From positions 1-27,226 of IMG/VR virus record IMGVR_UViG_3300006789_000124: a stretch of DNA of 27,226 nt; one strand, given 5' to 3'. Made by a program: the position numbers and the translations under genes. Shown piece after piece: positions 17,240 through 25,310 of the stretch (its first letter is position 1; each line of letters opens with the position of its first letter). A model generated the notes under the pieces. It did no database searches. It was not told the DNA's origin and saw only the letters and a program-made list of their open reading frames with translations. This stretch comes from a virus (Duplodnaviria; Caudoviricetes).

Positions 17240-19321
17240 TCAAGTATCTCCCCGCCGAGGAATGCGGGACAAAGCGTTTCCAGACGAAGCAATGCTCACG
17301 TCAAAGGCAAACGCGGCAAGATGCAACCTCACCGGGCTCTTAGCACGGATCTCAAAAGCCCAGGAGTTTACGTTCTGAAGACCCACAGGAACCTGTCTAT
17401 AGAACAAACGAGGGTTGTGCGTTGTAGCAGTACCGATAACCGCGCTCCCCGCGATGTCTGTAACCAGACCAGAATCATCGTCTGGCCCGACGGCCTTTAC
17501 GTCTGTCATCTGTACAACTGCTTTGTAAGAACCGTTCCTGTAGAAAAGAATCTCAAAGTCATCGTCATAAGAATCCAGAAGACCAATGTACATAGTCCTG
17601 ACGTTCAAGAGCTTTAGACCTGTATCATCCCCGCGTAACCAAGCAGAACGATAGAGAATATCCCGCTCTCGCGCAGCATAGGCAACTGTCTCTCTGTTTA
17701 GGACAAAGACATCATTCCAATCATCGTCTGTATCTGTATCTGTAGCAACAGCGAGAAGCATCCTGCGCCAATCGTCTGTTAAACACATATCCGCAAGGTG
17801 AAGCCCGAGCGTCTGCCGCTTCCAACCCTGCCCGTCGAAGGTCAAGACCAGGGTGTTCTTGTTCTCACCAGCGGGGGTGAGCGCACAATAATACTCCCCC
17901 GTCTCGTGATTCATTGCCGCTACAGCCATGCAAGCGCGGCTGCGGCTGACATAATGTCGCATGGTTCTCTGGATCGACTTGCTCAGTTGAGAAACAACAC
18001 CGCTGTTCATCCCATAGAAACCGTCGTGCGCTAACCAAATCAAAGTCCCGTCGGGCAAAGCCTGAATAGAGCGAGGGGCAACGCAGCCGATTCCCTGAGC
18101 CAGAGGCACGGGGAAAGCAAAGTCCTTCAACAAGTAGGTAGTGTTCCGAGTAAAGGCGATAAGCTCGCCATTGTGTGAGGCGACTGCCGTAACCTCTGCC
18201 CCGCCCGAGTCGGGATATATAAAGGAAGCAGCGCTGAAGGTCCCTGGAAAACCCGGTTCCGACTGTCTAACTATGCCTGGATCTTCGGGCGTGTTCGCGA
18301 TGACCAAGCAGCCCTGATGCGTACACATCGTCCTGAAAACAGGAACTGCCACCGTAGCGCTTATCGGAGAGCCTAAATACCCGTCTGCCTTCCTGTCGGA
18401 AAAGAACACCTGCGAGTTACCCGGCAGCCGGGTAACAAGCTGAGGAACACCGCCCTGGTTCTTTAGATCGGGAGTGCGGTAAATCCGCTGAGCTACCGCA
18501 TGCTCCGGTGCCTTGGCCTTGAGATGAACCAAGAACTGCCGAGTCAAGTCCGTAACCTCAGAGCCCGTCTCGTTCCCGTCCGTAAGAATGAGCGGATCTG
18601 CCTGAATCGTACTGATATTAACCAGGTTACTCGCCGCCGAGGGCTGCGAGAGGTTTCCGAAGATGTCCTCCCACTGTACGTAGTACTCCCAGGCACCCGC
18701 CAGAACTGCTCCCGTCTGCCCATCAAGGAGATCTCCAATCGTACCAATCTCCCCTCCCCACGAATATCCCAGGGCATTCGGGTAGAGATACCGCCGATTT
18801 TCCGCGTCCGGTTGCTGAGGCCCGTCCACTGTAGGAGCGCCAGGAACAGCGGCAAAACCCAAGGGAACAACCATGCCGTCGTGATTGATCACCAGAGCCC
18901 GATCGATCCCGTTAGTCCAGACAATCTTGTCGTTAAGAACTACGAAGTGGTCAGGATAAAGGGGCCGGGTCTCGCTTACGAGAGAAGAGATACTAGAGGG
19001 CAAGGTCAGCTTCGAAAAGCCCCTTTCCCACCCCTGATGCCGGTATAGGTAGTTATCTGCACGGACAATCAAGGTGTCCGCAATACCGCCCAGAAGACCC
19101 GCATGGAAGATACCGTGCGGCTCCTCAAAAGGAGAAGGGGAACTGCCTGAAATCCGCTTAGGCTCATAATAGGTGGGACCTACTACAGACTTCAGCGTCC
19201 TCTCTGCGGTAAGCTCGAAGTTCTGAATCTTATTCGCCAGGAGAGTAGGCTCAAAAAGAACCTGTGCCTCTCCTGCCGGGATTATGAACTCAACCGCCGT
19301 CTGTTTACTCGGTCCCGCCAT
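17240..19321 (-). CDS. Tail tubular/nozzle protein (T7 gp12 / P22 gp10-like, beta-propeller)
   Basis: 693 aa with propeller-like repeats (GCVAPRSIQ...LIWLAHDGFY...LSKSI; LVLTFDGQGW), located downstream of the adaptor. Confidence 0.7.
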   Translation of the reverse strand: MAGPSKQTAVEFIIPAGEAQVLFEPTLLANKIQNFELTAERTLKSVVGPTYYEPKRISGSSPSPFEEPHGIFHAGLLGGIADTLIVRADNYLYRHQGWERGFSKLTLPSSISSLVSETRPLYPDHFVVLNDKIVWTNGIDRALVINHDGMVVPLGFAAVPGAPTVDGPQQPDAENRRYLYPNALGYSWGGEIGTIGDLLDGQTGAVLAGAWEYYVQWEDIFGNLSQPSAASNLVNISTIQADPLILTDGNETGSEVTDLTRQFLVHLKAKAPEHAVAQRIYRTPDLKNQGGVPQLVTRLPGNSQVFFSDRKADGYLGSPISATVAVPVFRTMCTHQGCLVIANTPEDPGIVRQSEPGFPGTFSAASFIYPDSGGAEVTAVASHNGELIAFTRNTTYLLKDFAFPVPLAQGIGCVAPRSIQALPDGTLIWLAHDGFYGMNSGVVSQLSKSIQRTMRHYVSRSRACMAVAAMNHETGEYYCALTPAGENKNTLVLTFDGQGWKRQTLGLHLADMCLTDDWRRMLLAVATDTDTDDDWNDVFVLNRETVAYAARERDILYRSAWLRGDDTGLKLLNVRTMYIGLLDSYDDDFEILFYRNGSYKAVVQMTDVKAVGPDDDSGLVTDIAGSAVIGTATTHNPRLFYRQVPVGLQNVNSWAFEIRAKSPVRLHLAAFAFDVSIASSGNALSRIPRRGDT

Positions 19322-19346
19322 CTGTGCGCTCCTCGATTAAGAGCGG

Positions 19347-19805
19347 CTACGCCTGTGCATCGTTCTCGTTCTCACGAGCGTGCCAAACCTCTGAAATCAT
19401 ATCAGAAGCGTTGTCTTCTTTCTTCAGGGCAGGAACTTCTCGAAAAACACGAGAGCGCCAGGACATATACTTCTCTCCTGGAGTGGGGGCAGGGATAGTA
19501 AACTCTTCCTTGTTTACGGGCCTTGCCTTCTTCTCCGAGTCTTCGTTGATCACTACCCAGGTCTTCGCAACATCATCAAACATCCAGGTAGAAGGAACCC
19601 AGTCGTTTCTGCTACGGAACTCGCGATCTGAGCTACAAAACTCCACCCCGTTCTTGGTAAAGAGAGTAGCGATCCAAGAATCTCCGTTATCTGGATAACG
19701 AAGGCTGACTACCAATGCCTCCTCGATGAGACCGATAAGAGTACGTCGGTACATATGGGTGCCCAGCTGGGGGCGAGGAAGGACATTAAAGTCGCCGATG
19801 GTCAT
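19347..19805 (-). CDS. Hypothetical protein, 152 aa
   Basis: ATG with AGGAG RBS; fills the gap between adaptor and nozzle. Confidence 0.75.
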   Translation of the reverse strand: MTIGDFNVLPRPQLGTHMYRRTLIGLIEEALVVSLRYPDNGDSWIATLFTKNGVEFCSSDREFRSRNDWVPSTWMFDDVAKTWVVINEDSEKKARPVNKEEFTIPAPTPGEKYMSWRSRVFREVPALKKEDNASDMISEVWHARENENDAQA

Positions 19806-19826
19806 AAGAACTCCTGCAGTTGTCTT

Positions 19827-21374
19827 TTACTCTGACGAGAAGGAACCGTATCTGCGGCGCGTAATGTGCCCGCCGATAGGAACCGGCTCTACGATGCGGC
19901 CAGGATTGGCGTAACGTGTTCGATATCTTCGAGCGAGTTCAACGTACCTGTCAAGATGAATACTCGCCCCCGCCTGGTCTGCGCCGTCCTGCAAGGACAC
20001 ATAATATAGAGCAAGTTCTGTCAGCGCAGAGACAGCGTCTCGCTGAATCGGAGCCGTGTCTGTATCTGCGATGAACTTCCTCGGAAGCCTTAGCACGCGG
20101 AAGTCCAGCTCATAGCGAGCATCCTGGTGCGGATAGGTCTTGTAAGCGTAGTATCCCGTAGAGTGCTTCAGCGGACGATAGTAGTCTGGCTGAGTAGTTC
20201 CGTCCCAGGCATAGCTCGCTTCGTAAGTAACCCCGGCATCGGAGACCGTCGCCGTAGGCTCGATCTCCGTCAGGAAATAAAACACCCCCGCAGCTTCCAC
20301 ACGGTCGTACCCCGAAGAACTAGCACCCGCCCTCACCTCGTCACGAGCCACATAGATGCGGATCCTAAGGCCAGACTTCCCGAAATCTGTCTTTGTCGAG
20401 TCACCATAATCCGTCATCGCATCGATGTTCGTTGTCGTGATTCGAATAGAGTTATGAGGGTTCTCTTCGTGACTAAAGGCCAAGCTCTCAGGCGAGGGGG
20501 CGCTCTCCCACATGGGGTCTCTTGTTCCGAGAGGAGCGTCCTTCCACTCCTCGTCCTTACGCCCTCGCACATAAGTAAAACAGAACCTAAACCCGCCTTG
20601 TTGCTCTCCCTTGGCCCCTCCGGGTAGCCACCTGTTTACTGGGAGAGACACGTCTCCTCCCGTAACTTCTCTTGGCTCTGCCAAGGGAACCTGCCGGGGG
20701 GCAGTCAGCTGAAAATGCCGACCGCGCCAGAATCGATACGGACGCCCCGAGGTCTCCCCCTGGAAATCGACCATGTCCTGGCGATACGCGCCTGCTGTGT
20801 CGATACCCCAAACCTGTTGCCGCGTGCTGTCGTACACCCGCGCAGGTTCAAGAAGCTGCATCACATCGTCCCGGAGAAAGAACTCCGGCTGATGGACGCG
20901 AAAGGTCATGGAAGTGTCCGAGGAAGCGTCATCCCTCCACGGGCGATCGAGACTCACATAGTAAACATTAACATCATTCCACCACTCGCGAGACTGTCGG
21001 CGATGAACAGTGCCGTCGCTGTCGGTAATCTCAAGGTGCATGACACCGTCCCAGGTCCCGTCTACCGTGGGTCGCCAAGTGGTGAGAGAGCTTGCACCGA
21101 TATCTGTCCCGGCGCTGTCTACGAACTTGAGTAGATTCGGGTAGCTGGCTACCCTCTTTAATCTGGCGGCGGTAGTAGAGTCGCCGCTCTTTACATCTGC
21201 ATGAAGAACGATGTGCTCTTCGTCTGGAATCAAGGCCTCGGGTACATCCCCCGCCAGCCGATCGAGCGCCATGTTCAGCGCTTCACGAACCCTATTATTG
21301 AACGTAGTCCCCGAGCTATCCCACGCTCGCATTTCCAAAAGACGCTCACGAAGCGCTCTGAGAGACACGTCCAT
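19827..21374 (-). CDS. Head-tail adaptor / tail tubular protein A-like with large insertions
   Basis: Helical N-terminus (LRALRERL...VREALNMALDRL) and C-terminus (DTAPI...ALTELALYY...ASIHLDRY) typical of adaptors. First gene after the capsid terminator, with GGAGG RBS. Confidence 0.65.
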   Translation of the reverse strand: MDVSLRALRERLLEMRAWDSSGTTFNNRVREALNMALDRLAGDVPEALIPDEEHIVLHADVKSGDSTTAARLKRVASYPNLLKFVDSAGTDIGASSLTTWRPTVDGTWDGVMHLEITDSDGTVHRRQSREWWNDVNVYYVSLDRPWRDDASSDTSMTFRVHQPEFFLRDDVMQLLEPARVYDSTRQQVWGIDTAGAYRQDMVDFQGETSGRPYRFWRGRHFQLTAPRQVPLAEPREVTGGDVSLPVNRWLPGGAKGEQQGGFRFCFTYVRGRKDEEWKDAPLGTRDPMWESAPSPESLAFSHEENPHNSIRITTTNIDAMTDYGDSTKTDFGKSGLRIRIYVARDEVRAGASSSGYDRVEAAGVFYFLTEIEPTATVSDAGVTYEASYAWDGTTQPDYYRPLKHSTGYYAYKTYPHQDARYELDFRVLRLPRKFIADTDTAPIQRDAVSALTELALYYVSLQDGADQAGASIHLDRYVELARRYRTRYANPGRIVEPVPIGGHITRRRYGSFSSE

Positions 21375-21383
21375 GCTTCCTCC

Positions 21384-21419
21384 AAAGAAAAGGGCCGGGG
21401 CCTTTTGAGCCCCGACCCT
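21384..21419 (-). terminator. Rho-independent terminator after capsid/decoration genes
   Basis: - strand AGGGTCGGGGC-TCAAAAG-GCCCCGGCCCT followed by TTTCTTT: 11-bp stem with one G-U pair, then a U tract. Confidence 0.85.
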
Positions 21420-21440
21420 AATGTATCATGCTACGACCGC

Positions 21441-21926
21441 TTAGCGGAAGTCAACGTATGCGTCACTCACACCGCTACCAGTAGCAGTGATTGCTCGACC
21501 GAAGACTGCAAACGAGTCAGTAGCACCGCCTGTGGCGGGACCTCCGGTACCGGCTGTCGTAATGGAGGTCAGGTTGTTGCCTGCAGAGACACCCGCAGTC
21601 TTAACAACACACTCCCCCTTAACGATGATCCAACCATACTGGCTAGCCGCGATTGCATGACCAGCCACCCCAAGAAGGTTAATCAACTCCTTATCCGCTG
21701 ACGCGGCGGAAGTTGCCGCCACGAAAGAGGAAGAAGTTGCGCTTCGTTGAAGCAGGTCGTTGACAGCAACACCTGAACCGTCTGCTTGCACAAACATCCA
21801 AACACGGTCGCCCGTCAACGAAGCGTCTCCAGCAGTAACCTCAACCGCAGGCTCCACGCGAATGGAACCCAGCGGATAAGTCTCCCCAGAATAAGTATCG
21901 CTAAACGGGGTAGTTTTAACAGTCAT
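21441..21926 (-). CDS. Probable capsid decoration/cement protein
   Basis: 161 aa, A/G/T/S-rich (GVAGHAIAASQYGWIIVKG), directly after the MCP and before the terminator, with GGAGG RBS. Confidence 0.7.
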   Translation of the reverse strand: MTVKTTPFSDTYSGETYPLGSIRVEPAVEVTAGDASLTGDRVWMFVQADGSGVAVNDLLQRSATSSSFVAATSAASADKELINLLGVAGHAIAASQYGWIIVKGECVVKTAGVSAGNNLTSITTAGTGGPATGGATDSFAVFGRAITATGSGVSDAYVDFR

Positions 21927-21938
21927 GATGACCTCCCT

Positions 21939-23030
21939 TTATGTGTCGAGATTGACGCACACACCCTGTGCGACAAGCTTGGTACAGATGAGGTTGCCCT
22001 GCATCGAGAAAAGAGCCGTCACGACATCCTGGTCACCCACTCGCTCCTTGAACTCGGAAATCTGGGGAGCCTCGTGCATCGGGAACTCCAGATAGTCAGT
22101 GTTCAGGAAGTAAGCAATGCCGTTGTCGGCAAGACCGGAAGTGTGAGTGCCCGAGGAGCCGCTGGAGAACTGCGAAAGCTCCAGGTCGAGAGAACTGTAC
22201 ACCTTTCCAAGTCCCAGCTCCAGGCCCAGAGTATTGCTGCCCTTCTTGTCTTCGGGATCTTGGATGACATCGATGCGAACATTCGACCGTCGAGCATCCT
22301 CGAAACGACCGTAAGTGGCATCATCCATCATGACCAGGTCAGGACCCTTGCCAGGACCACCAGCGTAGTGAGCACACTCGCGATAAGTCTTGCGAAGAAC
22401 CTTCATACCATCGTCAGACCAAGTAGAAGCAGCATTGTACTGGTTGTAGTGGAAGTAAGAAGAACTCTTCGTAACTCCCTGAACGCTCTGTGCTTCTGTG
22501 GTCTGGTTGGCGACGGTGTCCATGTCAATAAGACCGTGGGTCACGCCGCTTCCGATACCGTCCGACTTCTCGCCGTTAAGAGTCATAAGACCCTTCAGCT
22601 CGGCAGTCTGGAAAACGATACCGCGACTCACACCAGTGAGCAGGTACTTGTTCAGATCGGCCTTCACGCCCTCCATCACCATCTGAGGATACTCCTCGAT
22701 GAGACGAATGACAGCAAGCTTGCCGCTGTTGAACAGAAGCTCCTTCTTGGGGATGTTGATCGCAACAACAAGACGATGAGGTTCCACTTGGAACTTCTTC
22801 ACCTGCTGACGGCGAGTCATATTAAGAAGTTCGTCACCGACGTACACACCAACACCGCGAGCAGGAGCGCCACCAGAGAAGGAACGCTCGATATAAGAGC
22901 CCCCTTCCATGGGCATCCGTGCCTTGTCGTTAAGTGCGTCGAACAGCTCGTTACTTCGAACAAAAGAATTTACGAGGGGGCCGCGAAGGTCCGCAAACGT
23001 AGTATTCAATACTTCGGTAGAGATGGACAT
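21939..23030 (-). CDS. Major capsid protein (HK97 fold)
   Basis: 363 aa with strong codon bias. Sequence pattern NSFVRSNELFDAL...EGGSYI, PDLVMMD, YFLNTDYL, GNLIC...QGV is characteristic of a widespread phage MCP family. Confidence 0.85.
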   Translation of the reverse strand: MSISTEVLNTTFADLRGPLVNSFVRSNELFDALNDKARMPMEGGSYIERSFSGGAPARGVGVYVGDELLNMTRRQQVKKFQVEPHRLVVAINIPKKELLFNSGKLAVIRLIEEYPQMVMEGVKADLNKYLLTGVSRGIVFQTAELKGLMTLNGEKSDGIGSGVTHGLIDMDTVANQTTEAQSVQGVTKSSSYFHYNQYNAASTWSDDGMKVLRKTYRECAHYAGGPGKGPDLVMMDDATYGRFEDARRSNVRIDVIQDPEDKKGSNTLGLELGLGKVYSSLDLELSQFSSGSSGTHTSGLADNGIAYFLNTDYLEFPMHEAPQISEFKERVGDQDVVTALFSMQGNLICTKLVAQGVCVNLDT

Positions 23031-23219
23031 ATTCGTATCCTATTAGAGTACGCAGAAAGGCTGGTTGCAGATGTGCCTTCTGCAAAAAAGTAAGCGGTCT
23101 TGAGCCTATCTGCGCTCGTCTTATGCTCGGACTCTTTTGAGCTACCCGAAAACAACGAAGATGCTGAGTTGACCTTTACACAGATAAGACAGTCAATGCA
23201 ACAAATACGGTGGATTTAG

Positions 23220-23396
23220 CTAATATTTTTTGCCCGGATTGTTCTCTGCCCCGAAAGTGGTAGCCATAACAGAGCCTTTCATCAAGCTCCTTTTATACCG
23301 GCGCATGCTCTTAGCGGTCTTATATTTAGGAGCCTTCGGCAGCTTCGGCCCTTTGGGCAGTTTTAGCTTCACGTACTCCTGCTCAAGAGTCTTCAT
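23220..23396 (-). CDS. Small basic Lys/Pro-rich protein, 58 aa (below ORF-track cutoff)
   Basis: MKTLEQEYVKLKLPKGPKLPKAPKYKTAKSMRRYKRSLMKGSVMATTFGAENNPGKKY*, just downstream of a candidate promoter. The RBS is weak. Confidence 0.5.
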   Translation of the reverse strand: MKTLEQEYVKLKLPKGPKLPKAPKYKTAKSMRRYKRSLMKGSVMATTFGAENNPGKKY

Positions 23397-23432
23397 CTGG
23401 GTCTACCGCTCGCTGAAGAGGTGTTGGATGTT

Positions 23433-23460
23433 ATTATATCGCAACTAAGCCATCAAGCAA
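23433..23460 (-). promoter_or_regulatory. Candidate sigma70-type promoter for the leftward virion operon
   Basis: - strand TTGCTT (23460-23455), 16-nt spacer, perfect TATAAT (23438-23433). Confidence 0.5.
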
Positions 23461-23470
23461 GGAAGGCGAA

Positions 23471-25117
23471 ATGACGAAGAAGCGCCCTGCTCTTCTACCT
23501 AAAGGAGCTGAACTCGCTACAGCCCCTGGTCTAAACCAGAGCAAAATCCATGCGCTTTTCTCTACGCCCGAGGCCTTTGTCTCGATGTGCCAGATCGTCC
23601 GAGAGGACGAGTCCACTGGTTACCTGGAACCCACCTCGACCCAGAGGAAGCTGCTCAAAGCAGTGCATGACCATCGCTGGGTTCTCGTAAACAAGTTTCG
23701 TCAGGCGAAGATCACAACCATCTCCGTCATGCTCCTCTTGCGAGACTGCATGTACCTGAGCGGCGTCAAAGGCCTCCTCATCGCAGAGCGCCAGGACACC
23801 GCCGAGGACATCTTTGAAAGAATCCTCTTCGCTTACAACAGACTCCCGCCCGACGTGAAAATGCCGTTCGCGCCCGGAAGGAAGGCGGGCGCAACACAGA
23901 TGCACTTCATCCACGGCGGGGGCATCAAGGTCCTGACCGCAGGAGGACGCTCGCCCGCCATCGGTCGCTCCATCGACCGCCTCATCATCACGGAGTTTGG
24001 TGAAGCAATGTGGCAGCGCAAGGCAGCCATCAACATCTTCCCGACGGTCAATAAACGTCCAAACGCCAGAGTTATCCTAGAGTCTACCCCCGGACGGGCG
24101 GGCTCTCATCACGAGCATATGTGGCAGTCAGCGCTGGAGGGAAAGAGCCGCTTCCATCCCCTGTTCTTAGACTGGTGGCGCGATGAGAGCTGTGTAATAA
24201 AAGCCCCTGACTTCACGGCCACGGAAGTAGAGAAAGAGTACCTGGCCCGACATCCGGGCATGAACTTCGCCAACTTGGCCTTCCGTCGCTCTGCTCTCAA
24301 CACAGAGTTCGTCGGCGACTCTCGCCTCTTTGGGGCGAAGTATCCTTCCGATCCCTATGATGGCTGGCTTGGCTCCCTCGCCCCCATCATGCCCATCGAT
24401 GTTCTCAAGCCAGCGCTGGCAAGAGCGCTTCCAGACCCGCCCCTTTCGAGCATGGGCTGCTGCATCATCGAGGCTCCAGAGCCCCACAAGAAGTACCTCG
24501 TCACAGCTGACCCCGCAGGGTACGGTGCCGGAGGAGATAAGAGCGCCCTTACCGTGTGGGATGCTGTCGATCGCAAAGAGGTAGCGTTCTGGGAAGACCG
24601 GGAAGACCCCGGACGTTTTGCCCAGCGCCTTAAAAATATACAAGCCCGCTACAACAACGCGCTCCTCGCTGTCGAGTCCAACGCCACGGCCTGTATCGCT
24701 GTGCTTAAAGACCAGGGAAACAAGAACCTGCTCTGGACAAGCCGTACTCATCCCGGTTGGTACGCTACGAACAAGCGCCTACAAGAAGCGGAAGCTCGCT
24801 TGGTTCAGCTTCTTCGCCAAGAAGATATCTTGATCCGCTCACGAGGGCTCTTGCACCAACTCGTAAACTACGACGGGAGCAGAAAGAAGCGCGTCAAAGG
24901 CCTCGACGGCATCGTCCATCACTTCGATAGAGCCAGAACAGCTGTAATGGCGGCGGATATTCTTTCCCGCAGACATTTCACAAAAGCTAATATCGAAGAG
25001 AACGAATACGAGCGTGTTCCAGGGCAGCTGAGTATATCAGATCTCGATAGACACAATAATAGAATCAAGCGAGAATCGCGAAACCTCTTCAAACCCCCAC
25101 CTCGGGACTGGTTGTAA
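23471..25117 (+). CDS. terL: Terminase large subunit
   Basis: Walker A-like VNKFRQAKITT, Walker B-like LIITEFG, coupling motif ILESTP, RNase H-fold nuclease motifs TADPAG...DKSA and AVESN. AAGGAAGG RBS. Confidence 0.92.
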   Translation: MTKKRPALLPKGAELATAPGLNQSKIHALFSTPEAFVSMCQIVREDESTGYLEPTSTQRKLLKAVHDHRWVLVNKFRQAKITTISVMLLLRDCMYLSGVKGLLIAERQDTAEDIFERILFAYNRLPPDVKMPFAPGRKAGATQMHFIHGGGIKVLTAGGRSPAIGRSIDRLIITEFGEAMWQRKAAINIFPTVNKRPNARVILESTPGRAGSHHEHMWQSALEGKSRFHPLFLDWWRDESCVIKAPDFTATEVEKEYLARHPGMNFANLAFRRSALNTEFVGDSRLFGAKYPSDPYDGWLGSLAPIMPIDVLKPALARALPDPPLSSMGCCIIEAPEPHKKYLVTADPAGYGAGGDKSALTVWDAVDRKEVAFWEDREDPGRFAQRLKNIQARYNNALLAVESNATACIAVLKDQGNKNLLWTSRTHPGWYATNKRLQEAEARLVQLLRQEDILIRSRGLLHQLVNYDGSRKKRVKGLDGIVHHFDRARTAVMAADILSRRHFTKANIEENEYERVPGQLSISDLDRHNNRIKRESRNLFKPPPRDWL

Positions 25118-25118
25118 T

Positions 25119-25310
25119 ATGGCTGGCTTCTATACCCCTCCAGGACTGACCCCCGAAGAAATCCTCCTGCGCCTTCGGCAGAAAGCAGGAGAGTCCCCAG
25201 AAACGAAGTCCTTTGGACTCTTCGCAAGAAAAGAAGAAGAGCCGAGCGAAAAGGAAGAAGAGGAAGTAGCAAAGAAGCTTCAAGATGCAAAGCCTGAGGA
25301 GACCGCCTGA
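25119..25310 (+). CDS. Small charged hypothetical protein, 63 aa
   Basis: Fills the terL-portal gap exactly; its stop overlaps the portal start (TGATG). Confidence 0.7.
   Translation: MAGFYTPPGLTPEEILLRLRQKAGESPETKSFGLFARKEEEPSEKEEEEVAKKLQDAKPEETA

Noticed and set aside
21786-23093. 435-aa + strand ORF
   Set aside because: Antisense shadow of the codon-biased major capsid gene; TTG start and no protein-like motifs.
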